Of a stretch of DNA of 62,660 nucleotides, positions 20,335 through 30,788 are shown one piece after another; position 1 is the stretch's first letter, and each line of letters begins with the position of its first letter. This DNA comes from a virus (taxonomy: Duplodnaviria; Caudoviricetes): IMG/VR virus record IMGVR_UViG_3300001918_000027, positions 1-62,660 of that record; one strand, 5' to 3'. Position numbers and translations under genes: made by a program. The notes under the pieces are model-generated. The model saw only the letters and a list, made by a program, of their open reading frames with translations, was not told the origin of the DNA and ran no database searches.

Positions 20335-20700
20335 ATGGCTACAAAACTAACAACATACAGTCTTCCGGAATTCGTTTTTCTAGATGGTAACTCGCATCAA
20401 GGCGATAGTTTAGAAGGTAGAACTGTTATACAACATATCAGAACCTATACGATTATTGAGGTCATAGCGGTAGATGAAGTAGGACTGCTGGGCCTAAAGG
20501 ATAATACTAAGACCTTTGAATTTGAATACATCAATGCCTTTGACACCGTGGAAAGGCATGTTTTTGCTCTTCATTTCAGCTTAGCAGATGACGATGAAAT
20601 CTTATCGCAAGTATTTGAAAAAGCAGCTCAGTGGTACTGCGATTATTTAAGATGGGAGGACGAAATCATCGCTTCAGACAACAAAGAGATTTTAAACTAA
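20335..20700 (+). CDS. Hypothetical Bacteroidota mobile-element protein
   Basis: LPEF.F.DG...L.GR.VI.H...A.WYC.YL.WED pattern. Confidence 0.65.
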   Translation: MATKLTTYSLPEFVFLDGNSHQGDSLEGRTVIQHIRTYTIIEVIAVDEVGLLGLKDNTKTFEFEYINAFDTVERHVFALHFSLADDDEILSQVFEKAAQWYCDYLRWEDEIIASDNKEILN

Positions 20701-20702
20701 CC

Positions 20703-20903
20703 TCAGCCCTCACATTTCTGACAACCGTATTGGGCCTGCCGCTCTGTAACACCGAGCCGCATGCTGATTTGCCCGTAGCTTGCTTTTTGCTTCCGGAGCA
20801 TACAGATTTTGGCCTTCAGGACGGCGTCGTCACCAATAAGGCTCACAAACTGATCCCAATTTGTTAAGGCCATTTCCCGAAGCCTTTTATCAAGTTCTGT
20901 CAT
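20703..20903 (-). CDS. Small HTH protein of late operon
   Basis: SYGQISMRLGVTERQAQY HTH; start taken at ATG 20903. Confidence 0.6.
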   Translation of the reverse strand: MTELDKRLREMALTNWDQFVSLIGDDAVLKAKICMLRKQKASYGQISMRLGVTERQAQYGCQKCEG

Positions 20904-20910
20904 TACTTTT

Positions 20911-21024
20911 TCACCCATTGAAAAGCCATTTAAACAATTCAACAATCGCTATGATTACGACTATAATCAAGCCAATGAATAAATTTCCCTTTACACGGTT
21001 CCAGTATTGATCATTGTATGCCAT
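20911..21024 (-). CDS. 37-aa single-TM peptide (not in ORF track)
   Basis: MAYNDQYWNRVKGNLFIGLIIVVIIAIVELFKWLFNG; fills gap 4 nt after tape measure stop. Confidence 0.5.
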   Translation of the reverse strand: MAYNDQYWNRVKGNLFIGLIIVVIIAIVELFKWLFNG

Positions 21025-21028
21025 AGTG

Positions 21029-24000
21029 CTACAAAGTTCCGATTTCTGACTGAATTGCAGCCTTTTTTTGAGCACTGGTTACCGTACTGGTAACTTGTAC
21101 AACTTCGAGCCTGTCTATCCTTTGATTTACTGCTGCATTGCTTTGGTCGATGCGCTGCAGCAGCTCGCCGAACATATCCAGGGTTTGGCCAATGGCTCCG
21201 GGTGCCGTACTGCCAGCCGGAGTAAAAACCGGAGCTTGCAGGCTTTCGCCCAAACTGCCTCCATATTCGAAGCGGGCCACCTTAGCCCCGGAAAAGAAAT
21301 CACGGCCGCCACCGAGCTTGTTTAAAGCCGATGCAATCTGAGTATGGGTACCGCTGATGGTGTACCTGCCCTGGCCTGCGTTCTTGGTTCGGACGATGGC
21401 CAGCTCTCCACCCTCGGCTTCGTAATTAAAGGGTACGCCACCGGCACTATGTGAGGGCCCCGTTATTTTGCCACCGGTTTCCGTGGGCACTTGGCCACCG
21501 TACTCAAACTCGGCCCGATTGATTTCATTTACCCTGAGGGCATACCGACCTACAGCAAGCCCGGCAAGGATGCCATACATCGCTATGCCAGCGGCACCCA
21601 GGGTAATACCATTTAGGGGGTTCTGCGCAGCGGCAACGGCTATGTTTGCCAATTCTGTAGCAAGGGCAACTTTGGCCTCAGCTTTCCTTACCTTTTTGAT
21701 GCGCTCACCGGCCCTGCGTTCCTCCTCCTCTTTTTTTGCCTGATATTCTTTGTCGATTGCAAGTTCTTCATCGCGGCTTTGGGCCCTTGCCAACAGCTGG
21801 TTTCGCTCGAGGTCAAGCCTTTCGAGATTAGCCTCTTTGCTTTGCTGAATCCGCTGTATTTCGGCATCATAGTAGGCATTCATGGCGCCTCGGGCAAGGT
21901 CATAGCTTTGCGATATGGCGTCACCAAGCAGGCCATCTTCCAGGCTGCCTTCCTGGAAATTAAACAGGTTCTTGAGGCCCTGGCGGAGCTGATCGCCAAG
22001 GCTGCGAATTCGGCCGACGGTTTCGTCAACTTTTGCAACGGTGGTGTCATTCAGCTGTGCGGCTTTATCATTTAAGTCTTTAGCTAATAGCAAGTACTCT
22101 TCATCGGTTTTGACCTTGGCGTCGACAAGCTCTTTATAAATCGGTAACTGCTTATTCAGGCTTTCGACCTCAATACCCAATATGCCACGGGTTTCGGCCT
22201 GATTGAGGTCGGCTTCCGCTCTCCTCCTCTCCCTTCCGGTTTTACCCGAAAGCTCAAGCCTCGCCGCCGATATCTGTTCCTGAAACCGGGCAATTGCATC
22301 TCTGCCATCCTGTTGTATTTTTTGCAACTGGGATTGCAGGCTTTCGACCTGGTCCTTGCTTAGATTGCGGTTGATGGTTTTGATGGCCTCGGCTCTTTCA
22401 AAAGCTTTTTCAACCGATTGCCGGCTGTATTGCGCCTCCAAGGCATCCATGTCTTTATTGAATTGTTCCTGCAGCAGCAACAATTGCTTATCGGCATCAA
22501 GCCGGGCCTGTGCCCTTGCCAAAGGGCTGGTGGCGGGATCATCATCAACTGCAGTAAGGTTGGCTTCAATTTCTCTTTTGCGCTGGGCAAAACTGTCCTG
22601 TATTGCTTTCTCCCTGATGTCAAAAATTTGATTACTGGTATCGATTTCGAGCTGTTTTTGCGCTGCCTTTAGTTCCGCGATGGCTGCGAGCTCCTCAGCA
22701 CTGCTGCCCTTTACCAGGTTTAGCTTTTCCCTATATGCCGTCCGGTTGGCCTCAAGTACATTATTGAGGTATTGCTCCTCGGTGATTTCCTGATTCAGGA
22801 AAGAAAGCCTGAGGTCTGCCAATTGCTGCTTAAGGACTTCCTCAATGAGCTTTCGACGCTTCTCTTCGGGGTTTTCGGACTTCGAGGCCCGGCCGCTGCC
22901 CCGGGTTGATGACTTGCTGCCATTTAATAAATCATCCAGCTGTGCATCAATCTTAGCTCTTTCTGCCTTTAAAGCATTAAATTTTTGACTGGTACCCTGA
23001 AAACCAGAGATTTGGTCATCTAATGCCTTTTTGCGCTCCTGAAGGGCTTTGATATCGATATCAAAACTTTGTGTAGCCACAGCAGTTGTTTTGCCTGTCA
23101 AACCAGCCAGTTCAGCCTCGGCCTTTGCCTGAACATTTAAGTACTCCTGGTAGGTTCGAATCCTTTTCTCCTCCTCCTTCTTTAGGGTTGTAATGATTTC
23201 TTTAAAATCATTACCGGTAAAAACAATACCTCCACGGCCATTATTGCGGATGGCCTCACCAAGCACATCATTGGCCAATTGCCTTTCGTTTTCAGAAAGC
23301 CTAACTACAGTGGCACCCTGCCCTCTTGGCGTAAGAGCTGCTTCCTGTTCTATTCTTTGTCGAAGGGTGGACACCGCAATGACCTCGGCATTTTTTTCAG
23401 CACTAAGGGCTGCACTTGCCTCTGCATTAGCCTTTACCCTAATGGCTGCGGTAACCTGCCTGTAGGCTTGCTCCAATTTGGTTAGACTTATGGTCTGTCC
23501 ATCAAGTGCTGAAACAAATGCGGGATTAATCTTTATCAATTCATCAAGCGCTTTCCGCTTGGTGTCGATGGAGGTTGCCGTGCTTCTTATAATGTTTCGA
23601 AGTGCATCTATCCGGCCTATTTGTTGCGATGATATCTGATTCGACCTTCTTTGAACATCTGTTAAAGCATCCAACCTGGCCCTTGCATCTGAAACCTTGG
23701 CAGCAAAAACAGCCAATACCGGAATTACTAACCCCAAGGTGGTTAAAAGCAACCCCAAAGGGCTTACCCTGATGGCACCGTTAAAAAGTACTATTTGCGC
23801 TGTTGCTGCCCTTACAGCTAAAGAATAAGCCAACATTGCGGCCCTTTGGGCCAATAAAACTGTGTTGTAAATAAGGCCTTGCTGACTGGCTATTTGAGTT
23901 GCCACATAGGCCCTGATTTGCTCTGCTTTATAAAGTGCAAGTGCAGTTGTCGCAGCTGTTAGTCCACCTATAAGTATGGGGAAAGGTAAACCCGTTATGA

Positions 24001-25540
24001 ATCCGATTATGGCAAATAATCCACCTCCGATGGCAACGAGTAATTCGAAGAACTTTGTTAGGCCTTGTTGGTTTTCCCGAACTAAGTCCGTAAACTGATT
24101 TTTAAGCCTGTTGATACCGGCCTGCAACCCCTCTACCCTTTCTGTGGTATTGCCTCCAAAAGTGCGCTGAAGTTCTGCAGCGAATTTTGGTAGAAACTCG
24201 GATGCAATGACTTCGCCGTTTTCCAGCATTTTATTTAGTTGCTGCTGGGTTACCCCGATGGCTTTGGCCGCGATGCTAAAGGCACCCGGTACTCTTTCGC
24301 CAATTTGGCCCCGGAGTTCTTCGGCCTGTACCTTACCCTTCGATGCTATTTGCCCAAAGGCAAGTAATACCGAATTCGTGTCTTCCTGGCTTAATTTTAG
24401 CCTTGCAGCAGAAGCCACCGCTGCTTCGAAAATATCCCGGGTTTCCTGAGCGCCAATACCAGCAAGTGTTGATGCAGCATAAAAATTCTTAAAGGCTTGC
24501 GCTGTTTGGACATATTGAACCCCTAATCGTTCCGTTATCCTTGTTAAAAACTCCTGATTAATTGCGAGTTCCTGTGTGCTTCCACTAACGAGCTCAAGGG
24601 AGGCATCAAGGCTATCTAACTGAACAGTGTTATCAAAGGCTTGCTGCCCTGTTGTAAGCAGGGCCTGTAGGCTGAGGTAAGTAAGTGCAAATTGGGCAAC
24701 CTGACCTTTGAGGTCGCGAAAACCCCGGCCAAGGGCAGCGGTAAGCCTATCGCCAACATCACCTGCGCTGCGGAATTCTTTCTCCAGATTGCCTACCTGC
24801 TGCTGTAGTGCAATGGCTTCCCTCCGGTTTTCAATTAACTGCTTTTCGATTGCCTCAAAACTGCCCTCACCGGTAACCCTGATTTTAGACAAGGACTGTT
24901 GCAAATCATTGAATTCGTTGTCGAGTGCCCCCAGACGATCGTTTGCTTTCTGTATTTGCCCACCAACGAGGTCATCAAGGCCCATCTGCTTAAACGCCTG
25001 GACAATACCCGATGTGTATTCCCCAACCAGGAGACTGTCGCGGCTAAACTGCCGACGAAAATCCTGCTCAGCGGCAGCCAGTTCTTTTAACTTGGCTATG
25101 GCTTGGTCATATTGCAGCGTTTGGCCCCGGAAATCAATGGGTGTAACCTTGTCGCTGTCCTTAACCAGTTTGTAAAGCTGCTTATATTCGTTGTAAAGTG
25201 CGGTATAGCTACCCGCAGCTCCCTGAGCGCTGGCCTTCTGCTGCCTCAGTTGGTTTATTTCCTGCTGCCTGGCGAGTTGCAAAGCCTTGGCCTCTTTCAT
25301 CAGCTGCTGGCGTTCAACCTTTAGCTTTTGTTCCTCTACCCGGAGGGCAGCAACGGCTTCTTTCTGCTTTTTGATTTCCTCGGACTCGGTTTTTTGCGTA
25401 CCGGTACCGCTAACCTTACCGGCTTCTTGCTTCGCTTTTTTGATTTCCTGAAACCGTTTGGCGATGTCCTGAAGCTCTTTATTTATTTCGCCATAACCCA
25501 GCGTCCGGAGTTCGTAGATTTTTGTTACCTGATCACTCAT
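21029..25540 (-). CDS. Tail tape measure protein
   Basis: 1503 aa helical; QIASKGKVQAEELRGQIGER motif; hydrophobic central segment. Confidence 0.95.
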   Translation of the reverse strand: MSDQVTKIYELRTLGYGEINKELQDIAKRFQEIKKAKQEAGKVSGTGTQKTESEEIKKQKEAVAALRVEEQKLKVERQQLMKEAKALQLARQQEINQLRQQKASAQGAAGSYTALYNEYKQLYKLVKDSDKVTPIDFRGQTLQYDQAIAKLKELAAAEQDFRRQFSRDSLLVGEYTSGIVQAFKQMGLDDLVGGQIQKANDRLGALDNEFNDLQQSLSKIRVTGEGSFEAIEKQLIENRREAIALQQQVGNLEKEFRSAGDVGDRLTAALGRGFRDLKGQVAQFALTYLSLQALLTTGQQAFDNTVQLDSLDASLELVSGSTQELAINQEFLTRITERLGVQYVQTAQAFKNFYAASTLAGIGAQETRDIFEAAVASAARLKLSQEDTNSVLLAFGQIASKGKVQAEELRGQIGERVPGAFSIAAKAIGVTQQQLNKMLENGEVIASEFLPKFAAELQRTFGGNTTERVEGLQAGINRLKNQFTDLVRENQQGLTKFFELLVAIGGGLFAIIGFITGLPFPILIGGLTAATTALALYKAEQIRAYVATQIASQQGLIYNTVLLAQRAAMLAYSLAVRAATAQIVLFNGAIRVSPLGLLLTTLGLVIPVLAVFAAKVSDARARLDALTDVQRRSNQISSQQIGRIDALRNIIRSTATSIDTKRKALDELIKINPAFVSALDGQTISLTKLEQAYRQVTAAIRVKANAEASAALSAEKNAEVIAVSTLRQRIEQEAALTPRGQGATVVRLSENERQLANDVLGEAIRNNGRGGIVFTGNDFKEIITTLKKEEEKRIRTYQEYLNVQAKAEAELAGLTGKTTAVATQSFDIDIKALQERKKALDDQISGFQGTSQKFNALKAERAKIDAQLDDLLNGSKSSTRGSGRASKSENPEEKRRKLIEEVLKQQLADLRLSFLNQEITEEQYLNNVLEANRTAYREKLNLVKGSSAEELAAIAELKAAQKQLEIDTSNQIFDIREKAIQDSFAQRKREIEANLTAVDDDPATSPLARAQARLDADKQLLLLQEQFNKDMDALEAQYSRQSVEKAFERAEAIKTINRNLSKDQVESLQSQLQKIQQDGRDAIARFQEQISAARLELSGKTGRERRRAEADLNQAETRGILGIEVESLNKQLPIYKELVDAKVKTDEEYLLLAKDLNDKAAQLNDTTVAKVDETVGRIRSLGDQLRQGLKNLFNFQEGSLEDGLLGDAISQSYDLARGAMNAYYDAEIQRIQQSKEANLERLDLERNQLLARAQSRDEELAIDKEYQAKKEEEERRAGERIKKVRKAEAKVALATELANIAVAAAQNPLNGITLGAAGIAMYGILAGLAVGRYALRVNEINRAEFEYGGQVPTETGGKITGPSHSAGGVPFNYEAEGGELAIVRTKNAGQGRYTISGTHTQIASALNKLGGGRDFFSGAKVARFEYGGSLGESLQAPVFTPAGSTAPGAIGQTLDMFGELLQRIDQSNAAVNQRIDRLEVVQVTSTVTSAQKKAAIQSEIGTL

Positions 25541-27824
25541 TGCTTGTAGGTATATCTGATGATAAAACTTTTAACGGTACATACTTTACATCGAATTCAC
25601 CCTCTGTGGTATCGATTAGAATAGATGCAGGGGAGGGATAACAAGCCCGGTCATCTTCCTGCATGATGGGCACCCATTTGCGTAAAACAGTGTTTGTAGT
25701 TTTCTCCTCTAAAGGCCTGTAGTCATTAATTTCTATTAGCTCCCAGCGTTGCCCCCTGGCAATAATGTGTTCGCGATGAAACCAATTACAGGCATCGTTA
25801 TTGTTGAGGTAAAAAAAGGTGTCGTAATGCTGGCCATTCCTCGTAATGGCAAACCGCTGCAGGTAGAACTTTTTCAATAAGCCCGCAGCACGAAGGGCCC
25901 CGGGACCGGTACCTATGCGTTCATCGCTGTAGGAAAGCACGGGATCGTTTTCGCCACCGGGTTTATAGTTTACGGCAAACATGAAAGGAAGGGTGGTGTA
26001 GTCCTGGCCATCGAAACGCCAGCCACCAAAACCGGAAACATTGCCCTTGTAGTACGCCAGCTTTGGCGCAAAGGTGTTCTGTGCTTCATCCCGGCTTGTA
26101 TTGCTGATGTTTTCCGGAATTATTACCGGCAGCTGTGGGGCTTCTCCAGTAATGCCTTGCCACTGCACGGCGTCGTAGTGCACCATAGGCGAAAAGAACC
26201 TATTGGTGGCCTCACGCTTACCTGCCTTAAACCTTGATGGAAAAACATATTTTGCCGTGGCCAATTCTGAGCTATATCTATCCCTGAGTTTCTTTACCAA
26301 GCCATCGTTGCCGTCTTCTTTATAATTCAAAATCATCTCCCGTTCGTGGTCGCTGAAAATTGAAAGCTTCGATGTCTTAAGAAAATCCTGCTTATCCTGC
26401 CAATCGACAAAATCACCATTGAAGTACCCTGGTCTTGGCACCGTTTCGCCCGGTAGTAAGTAGGGATGTTGAGGCTCCAGTACAACTACTTTGTTGATGC
26501 TATCGGTTTGAGGTATGATATTGAATTCATCAATAATGCCTCTTAGCAAGTCAAGCCATTTGTATTTTTTAAAGGCAGGATAGTTTTTAAAATCTATACG
26601 GCCACCAACCGGTATCCGGAAGTAAGCAATACTGAATTCATCAACCCTCAGCTTTACCCTTGCACGGCCGAGGTTACTATCGAAAGTCCGTAGCCATAGC
26701 CGGGCAGTAATAACGTCGCCGGGATCAGCTGAAATAAGCTGCCAGTCTTCAACGCTGCCGTAAAATCTGCGCTTGTTTACCAAACCCGGAGGAGCACTCA
26801 GTGATTTAAGCGAGGTTTCCGCTATTTGGGTACCGTTTTTAAACCACCGCACCCAGAGATGCATATCGGAATTGGAGTTGACCTCTGTTTCTAAAAAAAT
26901 GCTTATAAAAAACCCGGCCTCAATGGTTCCGAAGTTATAAGCCGGCAGATATGTCCACCGCATGGCCTTGTTGGCAACATCGTAATCATAGCTGCCGTTG
27001 TTATCAAAGCCACCGGCAGTGCTGTCATTGCTTACGTCTGCATCGATGTACTCCGTCCGGGAAATACCTGATCTATTGAACTCATTTACTGATTTGGCAA
27101 GAAAATCGAGTTCATCCAATTGCGTGCCTTCGCTGAATTGAAAATTACCCCATGTCCACGGCATCACCAGCCTGCGGAAGAAGTCGGTATCAAGGAATTG
27201 GCTCTGTATTCGATAGCCGGCCTTTTTAAAGCCCTGAAACAGGCAATACCAGGGCGATATCGAAGGCCTCATGTAGTCAACGGCTACATCGGTATCATTT
27301 GCCGCAAAGGCATCGCGGTACCGCACAGGAGCAAACACATAGGGTAGACTGATATCTCTGCCATCATAGGCCCAGCTGGCTACTATCGTGGCTTTATCAA
27401 AGACTAAGTTTATGTCTTTAAGAATATCGTATAAGGTGGTTTCCTCGAGGTCGATTTTCCAGTCTGCGTTGTTGCCAAAAAAATCTACTTCATAACCAAG
27501 TGGCCGCCAGTTATGACTAGCTTCTTTCAGGAATGCTTTACCAACGAGTAGCTCCTGGCCGTTAGCCTCGATGAGAGCCTTTCTAAAATTGGAATAAATT
27601 TTTTCCGGCGTAAGGTCTTCGTTTGCGGGGTTATGGTATGCGTTAAAGACTTGGTCATTTACTGCTGTAGCAGGCAAGCCAATACCCAGGCTTTCGCTCG
27701 ACTTCTTTTTTTGAAAGTCGCTGGCGTCCTCGAGTTTGTAATTGATTGATACCGCGATGTTTTCCTCCGGCAGGTCAACCTCGGTGTCATCAACAACTAT
27801 CCTTATGTAACGAGACTTTGGCAT
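25533..27824 (-). CDS. Tail tip/hub protein
   Basis: 763 aa adjacent to tape measure; S.S....LPAT..N..F motif. Confidence 0.7.
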   Translation of the reverse strand: MPKSRYIRIVVDDTEVDLPEENIAVSINYKLEDASDFQKKKSSESLGIGLPATAVNDQVFNAYHNPANEDLTPEKIYSNFRKALIEANGQELLVGKAFLKEASHNWRPLGYEVDFFGNNADWKIDLEETTLYDILKDINLVFDKATIVASWAYDGRDISLPYVFAPVRYRDAFAANDTDVAVDYMRPSISPWYCLFQGFKKAGYRIQSQFLDTDFFRRLVMPWTWGNFQFSEGTQLDELDFLAKSVNEFNRSGISRTEYIDADVSNDSTAGGFDNNGSYDYDVANKAMRWTYLPAYNFGTIEAGFFISIFLETEVNSNSDMHLWVRWFKNGTQIAETSLKSLSAPPGLVNKRRFYGSVEDWQLISADPGDVITARLWLRTFDSNLGRARVKLRVDEFSIAYFRIPVGGRIDFKNYPAFKKYKWLDLLRGIIDEFNIIPQTDSINKVVVLEPQHPYLLPGETVPRPGYFNGDFVDWQDKQDFLKTSKLSIFSDHEREMILNYKEDGNDGLVKKLRDRYSSELATAKYVFPSRFKAGKREATNRFFSPMVHYDAVQWQGITGEAPQLPVIIPENISNTSRDEAQNTFAPKLAYYKGNVSGFGGWRFDGQDYTTLPFMFAVNYKPGGENDPVLSYSDERIGTGPGALRAAGLLKKFYLQRFAITRNGQHYDTFFYLNNNDACNWFHREHIIARGQRWELIEINDYRPLEEKTTNTVLRKWVPIMQEDDRACYPSPASILIDTTEGEFDVKYVPLKVLSSDIPTSNE

Positions 27825-28390
27825 TACCTCAGTGTGAACTTAGAATGTGAAAGTGTGAATTCAATACCTACCCTGTATATGTATCTGTCCTCGGCTTTCA
27901 GCTTTTCAAAATCGGTATCGGAGATAACAATTGGCAAATAGGAATCGGGCTGGCCCTGAATGCCTTTATGCTCTATCCAGGCCCGAGGCGATAGAAACAA
28001 TTCCTCAATCCAGGGCATTGCTGACTCCGGATAGAAATCAGAAACCGCAGAATAGGTATCATTGGAATCAACATTAAACCTCATGACGGCATGCTCAGGC
28101 TTAGAAACCGGAGCCGATGGCGACCGCCTCCAACGCTCGGAGCTCTGCTGATTCATAACCCTGACTTCGTGAAAATTGAGGCCATCAATGGTACCGCATC
28201 CACTGAGGAAATGAATCCTGAGGTCTTCGCAGGGCTTACCAACGGCGTAGTTTACCGTGGTCGCAATGGTAGCAGGTATTGCATTCCTGAGTTGAATAAA
28301 GTATTCGCCTACTTCATCAAAATTGATTGCGGGAAAAAGCGCCTTTAAATTCTTTGGCCCCGATGGTATGTAGATAAGTTTCATTAACAA
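27824..28390 (-). CDS. Minor tail protein
   Basis: F....G.ID, W.EELF.SP motif; position. Confidence 0.6.
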   Translation of the reverse strand: MLMKLIYIPSGPKNLKALFPAINFDEVGEYFIQLRNAIPATIATTVNYAVGKPCEDLRIHFLSGCGTIDGLNFHEVRVMNQQSSERWRRSPSAPVSKPEHAVMRFNVDSNDTYSAVSDFYPESAMPWIEELFLSPRAWIEHKGIQGQPDSYLPIVISDTDFEKLKAEDRYIYRVGIEFTLSHSKFTLR

Positions 28391-29832
28391 ATAAATTCGG
28401 TTTGATTACCAACTGTACCCGTGCTGCTATCAAGGATATAAATTGGCCCGGCTGTAAATCCGGTATCGCTTACGAAATTGAAGCCAAGCACGGGCTGATT
28501 GAGGTCCTCGTTTGGATAAAGAACCATACCGGTTTCAAAGGTTGCCGATGTGCTGTAAACCGTTGTTGCGGACTCACTACAATGTGCCTGAGCCTGATTG
28601 CTAAGCCTTACTTGATAACTATAGATTTGAGGCCCGGATTGATTTACCACGGTAAACTGCTGTTCATCACCTTGGCCAATTTGCTGATCACTACAAACAG
28701 GCTCAATAACAATTGTAAATTCCCCAAAGCCGAGGTCATCCAAGACAATAGTAGTGGCTGATGTCAACACATTGCTGCCCCCATTTATGCGATACCTAAA
28801 GTTGGTGGCCGAACCCGTACTGCTAAATTGTATAGTTACCTGCCGGTTGCCGGTTTGGGTAATGGAACCAATTGTAACCACTGAGTTGCACAGGCTCGAC
28901 AGCGGCATCACCGTAAATGATTTAATTAGCCCGGTACCGGTTGCACAGCTGCAAACCGGCTCTACCTCAATGTTGTGTATTCCCGGACTGAGGTTATTAA
29001 TGGTTACGGACTTACCGGTGACCTGAAGCCAAACGCCACCATCGACACGGTATTGAAAAAAGTTCGTAGCACCAACGGACACCCAGGTAACTAAAACGTT
29101 TGTTGATATCGGTAACTGTTTAACGGTTATCGACGTAATGGTATCAGTACATACCTCGGTTATATTGGCACTGGCCACAAGATATTCTGATGAATTGATT
29201 GGCCTGTAGTGTAATTGCAGCGTTCCTAAGCAAATGTCATCGGGCAGCAAAACCGGGAAGTAATCGCTTTGATCCTGATTGATTACCTGATTTGGCCTGC
29301 GGGTTGCCGGTAAACAGTTATTTGCCCAGGTGCCGGTGCGATAAGTCGTCAGGTTGGCGGCAAGGTTTTGATTGTCTTCGTGCTGTAGTACAGCATTTAA
29401 TACGAAGAAAGCATTTGATTCGAATCCGGTACCAGCGGTGGCCGGATTACTGCCCGTGGCCTGCACCGGCACAACACCCTCGGGAATAATGAAGCCGTTG
29501 GAATCATAATTGCTGGTTCTAAACCGACAAAAAGCCCTAAGCAGGGGCCCTTGGGCAAAGATGATCTCAGGGCTACCGTTTTGCGCTAAGAACGGCTTCA
29601 GGAATTCCTGAGCCGCATCTTGGATGTCGAACACCCACTCACTGCGCTCACCTTCCTTCTTTCTAAACGCTGTCTTCGATATGGTTCGGTAAAAGATCCC
29701 ATTGAAATAGATATCGCAATACAGTACGGCTGGCGTCACTGCGCTTTCGTCAACTGCAGTAAGCAATACAGGCCTGTAGGCTGCATGTAGGCTATTGGAT
29801 GTGGGTTGCTCTATGATTGCTGTTATTGCCAT
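28384..29832 (-). CDS. Tail protein with two Ig/FN3-like repeats
   Basis: Duplicated ATNF.YR..GG...L..G...I..EPVCS units. Confidence 0.65.
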   Translation of the reverse strand: MAITAIIEQPTSNSLHAAYRPVLLTAVDESAVTPAVLYCDIYFNGIFYRTISKTAFRKKEGERSEWVFDIQDAAQEFLKPFLAQNGSPEIIFAQGPLLRAFCRFRTSNYDSNGFIIPEGVVPVQATGSNPATAGTGFESNAFFVLNAVLQHEDNQNLAANLTTYRTGTWANNCLPATRRPNQVINQDQSDYFPVLLPDDICLGTLQLHYRPINSSEYLVASANITEVCTDTITSITVKQLPISTNVLVTWVSVGATNFFQYRVDGGVWLQVTGKSVTINNLSPGIHNIEVEPVCSCATGTGLIKSFTVMPLSSLCNSVVTIGSITQTGNRQVTIQFSSTGSATNFRYRINGGSNVLTSATTIVLDDLGFGEFTIVIEPVCSDQQIGQGDEQQFTVVNQSGPQIYSYQVRLSNQAQAHCSESATTVYSTSATFETGMVLYPNEDLNQPVLGFNFVSDTGFTAGPIYILDSSTGTVGNQTEFIC

Positions 29833-30320
29833 TAAATAGTTTCGCTTTTTTCTTTGATGTATTCCTTATGTATGGCGTTGTCAAAACTTTTGCTCATGTA
29901 GGCATTAAGCCTTTCGCTCACTTTCTTAATTGCGTCTTCAATCATTTCCTGCCGCTTCTTATTTTTACTAAACCGGCTACTTGCTTTCGTTGGCATTCCC
30001 TCCTTTTGCCATACCCTTATTGTGGCTGCTGCAGCTCGCTTGGCTTCTTCCTCCTGCAATCCCCGGAGCTTGAAGTATTCCACTAAAAAAGGGAATTGCT
30101 TAAAGCTGGCTGATTCCTTTGGCAGGCCCTGGTTGACGTACTCCGTGTATTTAACGGCAACTCCCTCGAGGATATCTGCTCCTTTCTCCTTTCGGTTTTC
30201 GGCGTCAAGACTTTCCTCCATTGCCCCGGTGAGGTAGTGGCCCTGGTCGCGGCTCTCCTTCCGAATACCGGCCTCAATAATCTTTTGGGCCCCGCGATAT
30301 ATGGTTTCAATTGATTGCAT
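29832..30320 (-). CDS. Putative tail completion/neck protein
   Basis: QGH.LTG....S, Y.EYV..G motifs; basic. Confidence 0.55.
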   Translation of the reverse strand: MQSIETIYRGAQKIIEAGIRKESRDQGHYLTGAMEESLDAENRKEKGADILEGVAVKYTEYVNQGLPKESASFKQFPFLVEYFKLRGLQEEEAKRAAAATIRVWQKEGMPTKASSRFSKNKKRQEMIEDAIKKVSERLNAYMSKSFDNAIHKEYIKEKSETI

Positions 30321-30570
30321 CGAGGAGCTGCTTTTTTCTTTCGAGTTCGATAAACACGGGCTTCAATTGCTTGAAGTTATTTAGAACCCTGGAAATGCAA
30401 AGGCCGCAATCCATTGCCAACCCGGGTTCAACATAGTTTTCCCAGACGGTAAACAAGTAATGCATACTTTCATCGCTGTGCACGGCCTGTGCAGTATCAA
30501 TCATCTTCAGGTCTAATATCTCTTTACGATATGACTGAGGTATCAGATTTGCTATATCGGTATTGCTCAT
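30307..30570 (-). CDS. Hypothetical protein with CxxC
   Basis: 87 aa, coupled in operon. Confidence 0.55.
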   Translation of the reverse strand: MSNTDIANLIPQSYRKEILDLKMIDTAQAVHSDESMHYLFTVWENYVEPGLAMDCGLCISRVLNNFKQLKPVFIELERKKQLLDAIN

Positions 30571-30788
30571 ACTAGTTTTATTTTGAACTTTTCCGCAACC
30601 TTACGCATGATTCTTTCGGTTTTCATGTGGGGATGCTTTGTCTTCAATTGCCGGGCCATTTTTTGCATGGCTTCAACCTTTTCCGGAGGCAATTCATTAG
30701 CCGATTTGATTTGCTTTTCTTCTTTTACATCAGTTCCCAAGGCAGCCTCTAAGACCTCAGGTGGCAAGTGGCAGCTATTAGCAGTCAT
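30567..30788 (-). CDS. Hypothetical protein
   Basis: Coupled ORF starting MTANS. Confidence 0.5.
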   Translation of the reverse strand: MTANSCHLPPEVLEAALGTDVKEEKQIKSANELPPEKVEAMQKMARQLKTKHPHMKTERIMRKVAEKFKIKLV

